DNA from: an uncultured Nitrososphaerota archaeon
Lineage (GTDB): Archaea; Thermoproteota; Nitrososphaeria; Nitrososphaerales; Gagatemarchaeaceae
DNA length: 64,000 nt
Assembly (NCBI GenBank): GCA_963838925.1
Contig: CAWISW010000002.1
Span: 352,001 to 416,000, forward strand
Direction of reading: 5' to 3'
Below are positions 45,713 through 55,052 of this stretch, piece after piece. Every line of letters begins with the position of its first letter. The stretch's first letter is position 1. The notes beneath the pieces were generated by a model. The model worked only from the letters and a program-made list of their open reading frames with translations. It ran no database searches and was not told the DNA's origin. The translations under genes were made by a program, and so were the position numbers.

Positions 45713-47356
45713 GCGCGCGGCGACCTGGACCTTCTTCCCCTTCGTCTCGTGGGCGACCATCGCGGCCTTGAGGAAGGCCAGGAACATCGGCTCGGGGTAC
45801 TCTGGCCTGCTGCAGTACTCAGGGTGGTACTGGGTGCCCATGAAGAACGGGTGGTCCTTCAACTCTAGGATCTCGGCGCGCCTCCCCCCGTCGCTGAACG
45901 CTGAGAAGTGCATCCCCGCGTCCTCGAGCTTCTGCATGTAGGCCTGGTTGAGCTCGAACCTGTGCCTGTGCCTGCCTCTCACGCTCTTGCTCTGGTAGAT
46001 GTCAAAGGCCTTGCTCGGCTTCTCCACCGAGATGTCGTGGCCTCCCAGCCTCATCGTCCCTCCCATGTTCGAGATGCCCTTCTGCTCTGGGAGCAGGTCG
46101 ATGACAGGGTCTGGGGTGTTCTGGTTTATCTCGACGGAGTTGGCCTCCTTCAGGCCCAGCACGTTCCTAGCGAACGACACAATCGAGAGCTGGAACCCGA
46201 AGCACAGGCCGAGCAACGGCTTCTGCGTCCGTCTGGCGTAGTCGGCCGCCCACATCTTGCCCTCGGTCCCCCTCTTCCCATAGCCCTGGGGCAGGACGAC
46301 TCCATCCGCCGCGTCGATTGTCTTGCGGGCCGCGTCCACGCGGCTCGTACCCTCGAAGTCCTCGGACTCTATCCACTTGATGTCCACGCCGACGCCGTTC
46401 GCCGCGGCCGCGTGCTTCAGGGCAAGGTTGACGCTCACGTAGCTGTCCATCAGCGTCACGTACTTCCCGACCATCGCGACGGTCACCGACCGCTTCTGCC
46501 GGACGAACCTCGAGGCGACCTCGTTCCAGTCGAGGAGGTCGGTCCTCCTAACCTTGAGGCGAAGGTGCCCCACCAGGGGCTTCATGACCCCTTCCTTGAA
46601 CAGCGCTTCCGGTACCTGGTAGATGGTCTCGACGTCAGGGTTAGAGATGACGCTGTCCACCGGGACGCTCGTGAACAAGGCCAGCTTCTCCTTCGCATCA
46701 GCTGGGAGGGACCTCGTCCCCCTCACGACGATGAGGTCGGGCTGTATCCCTATGCGCCTTAGCTCCTGGACGCTGTGCTGTGTGGGCTTCGTCTTCATCT
46801 CCCCAACCGCTCCCATCTCGGGCGCGAGCGTGACGTGGACGAAGAGCGTGTTCTCCATCCCGTCCTCGAGCCGCATCTGCCTGAACGCCTCGAGGAATGG
46901 CAGGCTCTCGATGTCCCCCACCGTCCCCCCGCACTCTATCACCGCGACGCTCGAGCCGCTCTTGGTCGTCCGCTCCCTGATCCTTCGCTTGATCTCGTCG
47001 GTCACGTGCGGGATTATCTGGACGCACTTTCCGAGGTACTTGCCCTTCCGCTCGTCCTCGATCACCGCGTTGTACACCTGCCCGGTAGTGATGTTGTCCT
47101 CCTTGCTTAGGTCCTTGTTGAGGAACCTCTCGTAGTTCCCCAGGTCCATGTCGCACTCGCCGCCGTCGTCCGTGACGAAGACCTCGCCGTGGGCGATCGG
47201 GTTCATCGTCCCCGCGTCGAAGTTGATGTACGGGTCTACCTTCATGCAGGTCACCGTGAGACCGGAGCGTTGGAGGATTTTCGCGAGAGAAGAGGTCGTG
47301 ATGCCCTTCCCGAGCCCGGACATCACCCCTCCAGTTACAAAGATGTACTTCGGCAC
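45704..47356 (-). CDS. pyrG: CTP synthase
   Basis: KYIFVTGGVMSGLGKG, HGEVFVTDDG, KTKPTQHSV, GLCFG.Q, RHRHR, QYHPE. Confidence 0.97.
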   Translation of the reverse strand: MPKYIFVTGGVMSGLGKGITTSSLAKILQRSGLTVTCMKVDPYINFDAGTMNPIAHGEVFVTDDGGECDMDLGNYERFLNKDLSKEDNITTGQVYNAVIEDERKGKYLGKCVQIIPHVTDEIKRRIRERTTKSGSSVAVIECGGTVGDIESLPFLEAFRQMRLEDGMENTLFVHVTLAPEMGAVGEMKTKPTQHSVQELRRIGIQPDLIVVRGTRSLPADAKEKLALFTSVPVDSVISNPDVETIYQVPEALFKEGVMKPLVGHLRLKVRRTDLLDWNEVASRFVRQKRSVTVAMVGKYVTLMDSYVSVNLALKHAAAANGVGVDIKWIESEDFEGTSRVDAARKTIDAADGVVLPQGYGKRGTEGKMWAADYARRTQKPLLGLCFGFQLSIVSFARNVLGLKEANSVEINQNTPDPVIDLLPEQKGISNMGGTMRLGGHDISVEKPSKAFDIYQSKSVRGRHRHRFELNQAYMQKLEDAGMHFSAFSDGGRRAEILELKDHPFFMGTQYHPEYCSRPEYPEPMFLAFLKAAMVAHETKGKKVQVAARSA

Positions 47357-47430
47357 ATTGGACCTACTTCGAAGATGTATATTGGCTTTTTTGTTGTCGC
47401 GGGGGCTTGGGGCTCTTTGCGCCAGAGCTG

Positions 47431-47466
47431 TTCTCAAGACTGAGAAACATTGCTTAGGTTTATTAG
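47431..47466 (+). promoter_or_regulatory. Operator copy 1 (TTCTCA-AGAC-TGAGAA) plus TATA (TTTATTAG)
   Basis: Same palindrome and same spacing to TATA as at 47991 and 49198. Confidence 0.7.
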
Positions 47467-47497
47467 ACCAATCCGGTCTTCAAGGGATTAGAGGAAA

Positions 47498-47920
47498 TTG
47501 ACAGTGTCTGCAGAAGAAAGGAACATCGTCCTGACGGACAGGGTCTTCCAAAGGCTGCTGAGGGCCAAGGGAGAGGACGAGAGCATCTCCGACGTGATCA
47601 TGCGCCTGACATCGACGAAGCTCTTCGGCCTCCAAAGGAGAGGGGAGGAGGAGATCCAGACTTCTGACGACGTGACGCTCTCGGTGAGCGTCGATCAGGA
47701 CCTATGCATGGGCGCAGAGAGCTGCGTGTCGCTCGCCCCCGAGGTGTTCTCACTGGACGAGAGTCAGCTGGGTCGGAGGACCGGCACCGAGCCGCTGGGG
47801 ATGATCGACGTCGAGCCGATGACAGTGGACAGCGAGAGGATCATCAGGGCAGCGAAGTCTTGCCCCTACAAGGCAATCCGCGTCCGCAACACAAAGTCAG
47901 GCGACCAGCTCGTCCCATAG
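47498..47920 (+). CDS. VapB/RHH-type DNA-binding domain fused to a single-cluster ferredoxin
   Basis: N-terminal RNIVLTDRVFQRL.RAK..DES.SDVI.RL; C-terminal VDQDLCMGAESCVSLAPEVF...AAKSCPYKAI. Confidence 0.85.
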   Translation: MTVSAEERNIVLTDRVFQRLLRAKGEDESISDVIMRLTSTKLFGLQRRGEEEIQTSDDVTLSVSVDQDLCMGAESCVSLAPEVFSLDESQLGRRTGTEPLGMIDVEPMTVDSERIIRAAKSCPYKAIRVRNTKSGDQLVP

Positions 47921-47990
47921 CCGGCGAGGACGGGCCGCACCGCGCATATGGGAGTTGTCTGACGCATTCCAATCCGCGCCGACCGGGCTC

Positions 47991-48027
47991 ATTTTCATTA
48001 TTGAAAATCGCCTCCGCCCATTAAATA
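47991..48027 (+). promoter_or_regulatory. Operator copy 2 (ATTTTCA-TTAT-TGAAAAT) plus TATA (ATTAAATA)
   Basis: Perfect 7-4-7 inverted repeat; TATA starts 12 bp after the motif end. Confidence 0.75.
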
Positions 48028-48086
48028 CCACTCGAGCGCAATTCCAGAAGAAGTAGAGTTGCACTGGCACTGGCAGGTCTATCGGT

Positions 48087-49127
48087 GTGAGTGGCCCGAT
48101 AGACTCTGACAGTGCAGAATTCAAAGAGTGGGCAGCGAAGAGGCTGGCAGAAATCCGCCTTCTTGAGGAAGACGAAAAGCGCGCGGTAGAATCGCCCCCG
48201 GATGAGCTGAAGGAGATATTTCGAGTCGTCGACTACGAGGTGGCGCCCATTCTGGACGCCGGAGGCGTCCCCATCACGAGGGAAGAGCTCGACGCGATGT
48301 TTGCCGAGTGGTTCGTCCGCAGAAGGGCCACGCAGGCACAGTCCACCCAAAACTCAGCGTCGACTGCCCAGCCAACGGAGGCCAGCGTGGCGAGCCAGGT
48401 CTCGGCCTTCTTCTCTGACCTGAGGGCGAGAAGGTTCGGGCGCCCCCTCAGGAGGGCCATGAGGTTCGTCGGCATCCTCGTCATGCTTGTCCCGCTCGTC
48501 TTCGTGCCTGTTTACTTCTTCCTGTCCGTTCAGATCCCCCCTCCAGTGGCGAGCGGAGCTGTGACCATCTCGCCTGCTAACCCGCTCATCGCGCCTGGCC
48601 AGACGCAGAACTACACGGTGCTTACTCTGAGCGAGCCTGCCTCCAAAGCCCCGGTCGCCGCGACGCTCTCGGCCTTCACGCCTCAGGGACTTTCGTTCGA
48701 CATCTCACAGTCCTATGGCGCGCCGCAGGTGACGACGCTGGTCCCGGTGGTCATCCACGCTTCGCTTTCGCTCGCCGCCGGCCCCTACCAGGTGACCGTG
48801 AGAGTGCAGGAGGGGGCCGCGGTGAGGAACCAGACCTTCACGGTGACGGTCGTGCCGGCGCTGGTGGTGATGGAGCACCTCGCGTTCGTGCCCCAGTTCC
48901 TGAACGTCACGAAGGGGACGACCGTCTACTGGATGAACCTCGACTCTACAATCGGCTGCTGCGACCCAGGATACCACGACGTCGCGTTCCGCGCCGGGAT
49001 GAACATGACGTCTCCGATACTAGAAAGGCTGGACACGTGGAGCTTTACGTTCGACACGCCTGGCCAGTTCTTCTATTACTGCACGATCCACCCGTTCATG
49101 GCCGCGGAAGTAAGCGTCACCGACTAG
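48087..49127 (+). CDS. Membrane-anchored Ig-like + plastocyanin/cupredoxin protein
   Basis: Cytoplasmic N-domain, one TM, beta-rich domain, then FVP..L.V..GTTV.W.N...H and YYCTIHPFM (type-1 Cu ligands H/C/H/M). Confidence 0.88.
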   Translation: MSGPIDSDSAEFKEWAAKRLAEIRLLEEDEKRAVESPPDELKEIFRVVDYEVAPILDAGGVPITREELDAMFAEWFVRRRATQAQSTQNSASTAQPTEASVASQVSAFFSDLRARRFGRPLRRAMRFVGILVMLVPLVFVPVYFFLSVQIPPPVASGAVTISPANPLIAPGQTQNYTVLTLSEPASKAPVAATLSAFTPQGLSFDISQSYGAPQVTTLVPVVIHASLSLAAGPYQVTVRVQEGAAVRNQTFTVTVVPALVVMEHLAFVPQFLNVTKGTTVYWMNLDSTIGCCDPGYHDVAFRAGMNMTSPILERLDTWSFTFDTPGQFFYYCTIHPFMAAEVSVTD

Positions 49128-49197
49128 GGGCAGAATCCACGTTCGCACTTGTTAATATTCCGGCCTGCACGCGCTGACTTTTGAGCCCAGAACCGTC

Positions 49198-49234
49198 ATT
49201 CTCAATCGTGAGAATCGTCTCCCCCCTATAAATG
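49198..49234 (+). promoter_or_regulatory. Operator copy 3 (ATTCTCA-ATCG-TGAGAAT) plus TATA (TATAAATG)
   Basis: Perfect 7-4-7 inverted repeat; TATA 12 bp downstream; heads the 49259-55324 operon. Confidence 0.75.
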
Positions 49235-49258
49235 CCCCACGAAGGAAACTTCACGGTA

Positions 49259-50821
49259 ATGTTCACGCTTGAAAGAAGTTCAAAGGCTGCAAGGATCGGG
49301 CAGCTAGCGCTTGGCGCGCTGCTCGGCATCTCGGCGCTGGCGCTGATGTCGCCATTCTCGCCAGTCTACGGTCAGACGCAGATCGTCACGGTCACGCCTG
49401 GATCGGTCAACTTGGGACTGACGACATCGATTGCGGTAGCCGGTCCCGCTGCGGGAAGCTACACTCTAGAGGTCGTCTCGCCTAGCGGTGTGACATACTC
49501 GCAGCCCGTAACCTTTTCAGCAGTAGGGCAGACGCAGACTCTCGTCTTCGGGAACGCCACTTCGGGCTTCAACGTCGCAGTGAAGGAGGTCGGGACATAC
49601 AACGTGTTCCTGATGCAAGGCTCGACTGTGGTGGGCACGAGTTCCTTCTACTCGACCAACAAGCTCTTCATCACCATGGACATGGTGACCGGAGGAACCT
49701 GCTATTTCATCAACAACGAGCCGAGGGGATGGAAGTGGATCCCTAGGTTCTACGTGTACTATGCATCAAACCCCACTCTTCCCCTGGCAGCAATTCCGGT
49801 TGGCGCTCCGGCAGCTGGAGCAAAGGACCTCCGCACTCTCTTGATTCATGACGCGAACATCACCGTGACTTTCACGCAGCCTGACAACAAGACGGTCACG
49901 ACTGCCTCTTGGGACTCCGGGGCGCTCCTATGGAGAGGGATAGTCAATCCGGCTTGGAACTACACCTACGTCGGGTCATGGAACCCTACCGTGACGGCCA
50001 AGGACGCCGCCGGTAACTCGGGCACCTACCAGTACACGGGGTACCCCTTCGACATCACCCCAGCCACGCTCACGGCGGGCATAACCCTGATTGACTCCAA
50101 GACGGCAGCGCCGGTCGCCTCGATCTACGCTGGAGAGTCCATCACCATCAGCGCCATTGTCAAGTATCCAACCAACCCTGAGCCGACGACAGGGTTCGTG
50201 ACCGGCCTCGACTCAGTCAACCGCGGAGGCGTGGTGACTGCCATCGTGGGATGGGGCACATGGAACGCCACGACAAACACCTTCGGCGGTGGCGCCGCCA
50301 ACCCTGGCGGAGTCTTGGGCACCGTAAAGCTGACAAACACTAACGGCATCAACGGCACATGGACTGGGCCGTTCACTGTAGCCTCCACACTACCAACACT
50401 TCCAACTGGCGTGAGCTTCGCCGTGGCCATACAATCATCTGACAAGGCCAATCCACCGAATACGGGTCTTCAAGTAATGAGCTTGGGACTTGCGCCTACA
50501 CCCGCAGCAGGCGGAGGCACAGTCTCCACCACGACAGTCACAGCACCCGCCGCAACGACCACGGTCACAGGACCCGGAGCGACGACTACGGTGGTAGTAT
50601 CGGGCTCCCAGACCCTCACTCAGGCAACTAGCACAACCACCGCAACGACAACCGTAACCGCGGCCGTCAGCACCGCTGTAAGCACTGCATTCAGCACAAT
50701 GACATCGACCATCTCGCAAGTGACCCAGTCGATACCGACGATCGCATACGCCGGGATGATAGCCCTCCTAGTGGTCGGACTCGTCATCGGGCTAGTAGTG
50801 AAGATGCCAAGATCGAAGTAG
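49259..50821 (+). CDS. Secreted beta-rich glycoprotein with a Thr-rich stalk and C-terminal TM anchor
   Basis: Signal peptide, sequons, poly-Thr linker, C-terminal hydrophobic helix plus basic tail. Confidence 0.8.
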   Translation: MFTLERSSKAARIGQLALGALLGISALALMSPFSPVYGQTQIVTVTPGSVNLGLTTSIAVAGPAAGSYTLEVVSPSGVTYSQPVTFSAVGQTQTLVFGNATSGFNVAVKEVGTYNVFLMQGSTVVGTSSFYSTNKLFITMDMVTGGTCYFINNEPRGWKWIPRFYVYYASNPTLPLAAIPVGAPAAGAKDLRTLLIHDANITVTFTQPDNKTVTTASWDSGALLWRGIVNPAWNYTYVGSWNPTVTAKDAAGNSGTYQYTGYPFDITPATLTAGITLIDSKTAAPVASIYAGESITISAIVKYPTNPEPTTGFVTGLDSVNRGGVVTAIVGWGTWNATTNTFGGGAANPGGVLGTVKLTNTNGINGTWTGPFTVASTLPTLPTGVSFAVAIQSSDKANPPNTGLQVMSLGLAPTPAAGGGTVSTTTVTAPAATTTVTGPGATTTVVVSGSQTLTQATSTTTATTTVTAAVSTAVSTAFSTMTSTISQVTQSIPTIAYAGMIALLVVGLVIGLVVKMPRSK

Positions 50822-50829
50822 GTGCTAGC

Positions 50830-52626
50830 ATGGTCACAACCATGAGGCTAGCGCTGAGCATATCGCTCCTTGGCATTTGCTTCATCCTGCTGTCAGCGGG
50901 AACCGTCCATGCGGCGACAACATCGCCCTCCATCGCGATTTCGTCTTCCGCGGGGTACGTGGGGAGCAAGGTCACAGTCACGGGTGCGGGTTATCCCCCA
51001 AGCGCTACCCTCAACATCGAATGGAACTCGGCGAACGCAAACTGGAACGTCGGGAGCTCTCCTCCTCAGGTTACGGGCACCACGGTAACGCCCGACGAGA
51101 AGGTGCTCGGGTCGACGCAGACCAACTCCTCAGGCGGGTTCAGCGCCCAGATTACGCTGCCGCCTGACTTCGGCATGCAGCACTTCATACAGGCTTATGC
51201 GGCAAACGGCACCGCTTACGCCCCGAAGGCCACGTACACGCTCGAGCCCCAGTTCAGCTTCTCTCCCACGAGCGGACCGGCGGGGACCCCAATCACGGTG
51301 ACCGGGACAGGAATGGGAGACGGGCTCTACTCCACTAACTACCATGTCTCTTGGGATAACAACTACGTTGGTTACGCCACCGCCATCACCACGGGGGGAT
51401 CGACCACCTTCACCATCTACGCGTCCGGCGTGCCAGGCACGCACTATGTCGCCGTCTATCAGGGCTATCCAGGCCCGGGCTACCTGAACGCTGAGCAGAT
51501 CCCGGTTGCGAGCCAGAGCCAGTCGTACTTCCCTCCGGGATGCGTCGTGCTAGTTTCATGCACGATGCCCTACTACGCGAACTTCACCGTGACGGCACCA
51601 GACCCTCCGACTGCAGGAAGCAGTAGTGGGATGGCCATCTCTGGCGCGATAGTCTCGGTCCCTCTTCTGATCACAGCGGCCGCCATTGCGGGGAGCGCCG
51701 TCTTCGTGTCCAGGCAGGACCCTGAGCGCCGAAGGGCTATCTCCAGAAGCATGGCGGCGATCGTGGTGATAGTAGTTCTGGCTGTGGCCGGAGTAGCGTT
51801 GTTCGCCACGGCCTCGCAGGGCGCTTCGACGGTCACCTCTACAGTGACTTCAACGGTTTCGGCTGCGCCCCCGACTACATCAAGCACGTCATCGTCCTCC
51901 TCGCAGATCAGCTTCACGCCGGTCGCCACGACCGACAGGCCGAACATAGTGGTGCCGGTCTACAGCAACGCCACGACGGGCCCTCGCATCAGCGTTACGC
52001 CCACGATTGTCTCGGTGGGCGGCACGATAACCGTGACCGGCGCAGGCTTCACCCCCAACACCCAGCTGCCCCTAACGTGGTCGACTAGACAGGGGAGCAA
52101 CCTGCTTGGCTACAAGCTCGTTGCCCTGCCCCTGAAGAACGTGACCACGGACGGCAATGGGGCGTTCACCTTGACCCAGAAGGTGCACTCGGACGTCGGC
52201 GGGGTGCACTTCATTGCGGCAGGCAACCTGACCGAGAGGTCAAACGGGACAGTCTTCCTCCAGAGGTCGGGGTCCATCAGCGCGACCCAGGGTCCGGCCG
52301 GAACGAAGATAGTGATCTCGTTCGTGGGTGTGGGCTGGGACTACAACACCAACCTCATCAGCGTCGACTATGACAACTCGTATGTAGGATACGGGTGCGG
52401 GTTCAACACAGGTGGCAACACGACTATCACAATATTCGCGGCGGGCGCGCCGGGAGTGCACGACATCGACATCTACCCGTCGATCTGGTGGGGCGCTTCA
52501 GGTCCCACCGCCCAGCAGGTGACGATCTACAGGTACCCGCTCCTGACTCCGCAGGACCATCCAGAGTTGATGCCTTCGTTCCACTTCACGTTCCTTATAA
52601 CGGGCGGGAGCGCGGCGAGCGGTTAG
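50830..52626 (+). CDS. IPT/Ig-repeat membrane protein, paralogue A
   Basis: Signal peptide, 2 Ig-like repeats, TM hairpin, Ser/Thr linker, 2 Ig-like repeats; paralogous to 55358-57166. Confidence 0.82.
   Translation: MVTTMRLALSISLLGICFILLSAGTVHAATTSPSIAISSSAGYVGSKVTVTGAGYPPSATLNIEWNSANANWNVGSSPPQVTGTTVTPDEKVLGSTQTNSSGGFSAQITLPPDFGMQHFIQAYAANGTAYAPKATYTLEPQFSFSPTSGPAGTPITVTGTGMGDGLYSTNYHVSWDNNYVGYATAITTGGSTTFTIYASGVPGTHYVAVYQGYPGPGYLNAEQIPVASQSQSYFPPGCVVLVSCTMPYYANFTVTAPDPPTAGSSSGMAISGAIVSVPLLITAAAIAGSAVFVSRQDPERRRAISRSMAAIVVIVVLAVAGVALFATASQGASTVTSTVTSTVSAAPPTTSSTSSSSSQISFTPVATTDRPNIVVPVYSNATTGPRISVTPTIVSVGGTITVTGAGFTPNTQLPLTWSTRQGSNLLGYKLVALPLKNVTTDGNGAFTLTQKVHSDVGGVHFIAAGNLTERSNGTVFLQRSGSISATQGPAGTKIVISFVGVGWDYNTNLISVDYDNSYVGYGCGFNTGGNTTITIFAAGAPGVHDIDIYPSIWWGASGPTAQQVTIYRYPLLTPQDHPELMPSFHFTFLITGGSAASG
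52528..52595 (+). repeat. 68-bp direct repeat (2 mismatches), second copy at 57083-57150
   Basis: TACAGGTACCCGCTCCTGACTCCGCAGGACCATCCAGAG is identical for 39 bp at the 3' ends of both paralogues. Confidence 0.9.
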
Positions 52627-52633
52627 GGGACTG

Positions 52634-53461
52634 GTGACGTCTTTGACTCCAGAGAACGACAAGGACGAAAAGAAGGAGGCCGCCCAGCCGCAGGGGGCGT
52701 CTCCCAACGACCAGAGCATCACCCGCAGGAACCTGCTGAGGGCGGGGCTCACTTTGGGCCTGATCACCATGGTCGCAGGCATCGCCTCCGTGGCGAAGTC
52801 GCTCTTCTCCCCGGCAAACCCGCCCTCGCCGCTGGAGGCGCAGACCACCACTCCCACGGTCACCAAGACCAAGACGGTCACCTCCACGATCACACAGCAA
52901 GGAGGCAACCAGACCGGAACAGCCTCTGCGAGCGCTACCACATCAGAGGAGAGCACCTCGACGTCGACCACGTCGACCACCTCTTCTCCTTTCCCGCAGC
53001 TGATGATAGCCAACATCAGTGACCTCGTCGTGTCCACTCCGATATCGTTCAACTACCCTCTTGAGGAGACACCGAACATCCTGGTGAAGCTCGGGGTGAA
53101 GGCTGAAGGGGGCGTCGGGCCGGACGGAGACATCGTCGCGTACAGCGTGGTGTGTCAGCACCTGGGCTGCATCATGGGCTTCGTCGCGAAAGGAGATGCA
53201 CCCGCTTGCGAGTCTGACTATACGGCAGCCGGACCGATAGGGTACTGCTGCTGCCACGGGAGCGTCTACGACCTCGTAAATGGCGCGAAGGTGACGGACG
53301 GGCCGGCGCCGAGGGCTGTGCCTCAGGTGACCCTCTCAATCGACGACTCTGGGGACATATACGCGGTGGGCATGGGCCCGCCCACGATCTTCGGGCACAC
53401 CAGCGGCTCAAACAACGTCTTGCTTGACCTTCAAGGCGGCACGCTCGTGAGTGGACAATAG
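52634..53461 (+). CDS. Tat-exported Rieske [2Fe-2S] protein, SoxL/AioB-like
   Basis: TRRNLL Tat motif, FNYPL...GGVGPDGDIVAYS, CQHLGC, CCCHGS.YD, GPAPR. Confidence 0.93.
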   Translation: MTSLTPENDKDEKKEAAQPQGASPNDQSITRRNLLRAGLTLGLITMVAGIASVAKSLFSPANPPSPLEAQTTTPTVTKTKTVTSTITQQGGNQTGTASASATTSEESTSTSTTSTTSSPFPQLMIANISDLVVSTPISFNYPLEETPNILVKLGVKAEGGVGPDGDIVAYSVVCQHLGCIMGFVAKGDAPACESDYTAAGPIGYCCCHGSVYDLVNGAKVTDGPAPRAVPQVTLSIDDSGDIYAVGMGPPTIFGHTSGSNNVLLDLQGGTLVSGQ

Positions 53462-55052
53462 AATGACAGAGCAAGAAGCAGAGTCAAGTCAGCAGGAAGA
53501 AGAGAAGAAGAGCTCGAGTCGCTTCCATCCTTCCGAGGAGGCGGCCCCTCACGAACGTCTGCTCGCCAGGACAGTCCACTGGTTCGACGACAGGCTCGGG
53601 CTGTCGTACCAGATGTTCCGGCCCGCGCCGGCTTACTCTGTCAACCCTTTCTACTGGCTAGGCGCCTTGGCGGTGGTCGCCTTCGGAATCCAGGCCGTCA
53701 CCGGGATGATGATGATGATCTACTACATCCCCACTCCCGCGCAGGCATACTCCTCCACCCTCTTCATCTTCGAGAACGTGAGCTACGGCAGGTTCCTCGA
53801 GACGGTCCACCTCTATACCGCTTACGCAATGATAATGCTCGCCTTCATGCACATGATGAGGGGCTACTTCGTCTCGGTCCACAAGAAGCCGCACGAGCTG
53901 ATGTGGATAACCGGAATGATAATGGGATTCGTCACGCTGGGCTTCGGCTTCACCGGATACCTTCTCCCCTGGACGGTCGTCTCCAAGTCCGCCACGGACG
54001 TCGGGATCGGGATGATGGCCGCCCTTCCCCAGCCTCTATCGAACTTCATACAGTTCCTGATCGTAGGCGGGGGGACGGACTCCGGGACGATGCTGAGGTT
54101 CTTCGACCTGCATGTCGTGGTCCTCCCCGCCGTCCTCGTGATCCTTCTCGCCGGGAAGATGTACATGCTCGAGGCGCACGGCGTGTCCGAGCCCGTCACG
54201 GGGCCGGTCCCCGTACCTGAGAAGAAGAGGAGGCTAATCCCGATCTTCCCAGACCTGACGTTCTACCTGCTGGAGCTAGCTGCGCTGTTCGGAGTGGCGA
54301 TCTTCCTCATCTCCGTCGCCTTCCCGCTCAACCTTCCGCCCCAATACACCCCGACACTTGCAGCCCAGTCTACGCCGCAGCCTGACTGGTACTTCCTGTG
54401 GGTCTACCAGGTGCTGAAGATCGCGATCTTCGAGGGCCCCGGGCTCACCGTAGCGCTCACCCTCATATCCCTGGTCTTCATCGGGCTCATCGTACTCCCC
54501 TTCGTGGACAGGGGCACCAACCGCAGGATAGCGTCGAGGAGGAACTTCGTCACGCTCGGGCTGATCTTCGTGGCTGAGGTCGCAGTCCTGACCCTCTGGG
54601 GATACGAGACCCCCGGGAAGATCATCCCCAACGAGCAGGCCGTGCTATACCTCGGCGGGACTGCCCTTCTGGTGGCCCTGGTCTCGGCGGGCATGTACAG
54701 AGTGATCTTCAGAGGGCTGCCAAAGGGGACGACCCAGGCTGGGGGCACGACGACGACCCCCACCGGCGCCCCGTACGCGACGAGAGCGTTCAACAGCGCC
54801 GCGCTGTGGACCGCCTCCAGCTTCGTGGTGCTTCTGACGCTCGGGACGTTCGGCATCGGCGGCGCGCTATCCTCGTCGGTGCAGCTGATAGTGCAGGGCG
54901 CCAGCTTCTCAATCCTCTCGTCACTAGCGGTGTCGCTCGCAGAGCTCTCGATAGCGGTCGCGGGGACTGTCTACCTTCTCTATCGGCTTGACCTGGGCAC
55001 GGGATCGATCAGGCGCAGGGTGAAGGCGTTCGAGGTGGGGTGGAAGTCGTGA
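53451..55052 (+). CDS. Cytochrome b of a Rieske/cyt b complex (fused subunit IV, extra C-terminal TMs)
   Basis: Q.VTG....YY.P, H-x13-H in helix B, FTGYLLPW, FFDLH, PDWY Qo motif. Confidence 0.94.
   Translation: MDNRMTEQEAESSQQEEEKKSSSRFHPSEEAAPHERLLARTVHWFDDRLGLSYQMFRPAPAYSVNPFYWLGALAVVAFGIQAVTGMMMMIYYIPTPAQAYSSTLFIFENVSYGRFLETVHLYTAYAMIMLAFMHMMRGYFVSVHKKPHELMWITGMIMGFVTLGFGFTGYLLPWTVVSKSATDVGIGMMAALPQPLSNFIQFLIVGGGTDSGTMLRFFDLHVVVLPAVLVILLAGKMYMLEAHGVSEPVTGPVPVPEKKRRLIPIFPDLTFYLLELAALFGVAIFLISVAFPLNLPPQYTPTLAAQSTPQPDWYFLWVYQVLKIAIFEGPGLTVALTLISLVFIGLIVLPFVDRGTNRRIASRRNFVTLGLIFVAEVAVLTLWGYETPGKIIPNEQAVLYLGGTALLVALVSAGMYRVIFRGLPKGTTQAGGTTTTPTGAPYATRAFNSAALWTASSFVVLLTLGTFGIGGALSSSVQLIVQGASFSILSSLAVSLAELSIAVAGTVYLLYRLDLGTGSIRRRVKAFEVGWKS

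Noticed and set aside
47498-47920. Toxin-antitoxin pair
   Set aside because: No PIN/VapC or other toxin gene is adjacent.
52634-53461. Arsenite oxidase (aioB)
   Set aside because: The GGVGP..DIVAYS motif is AioB-like, but there is no molybdopterin aioA; the partner is cytochrome b, as for SoxL.
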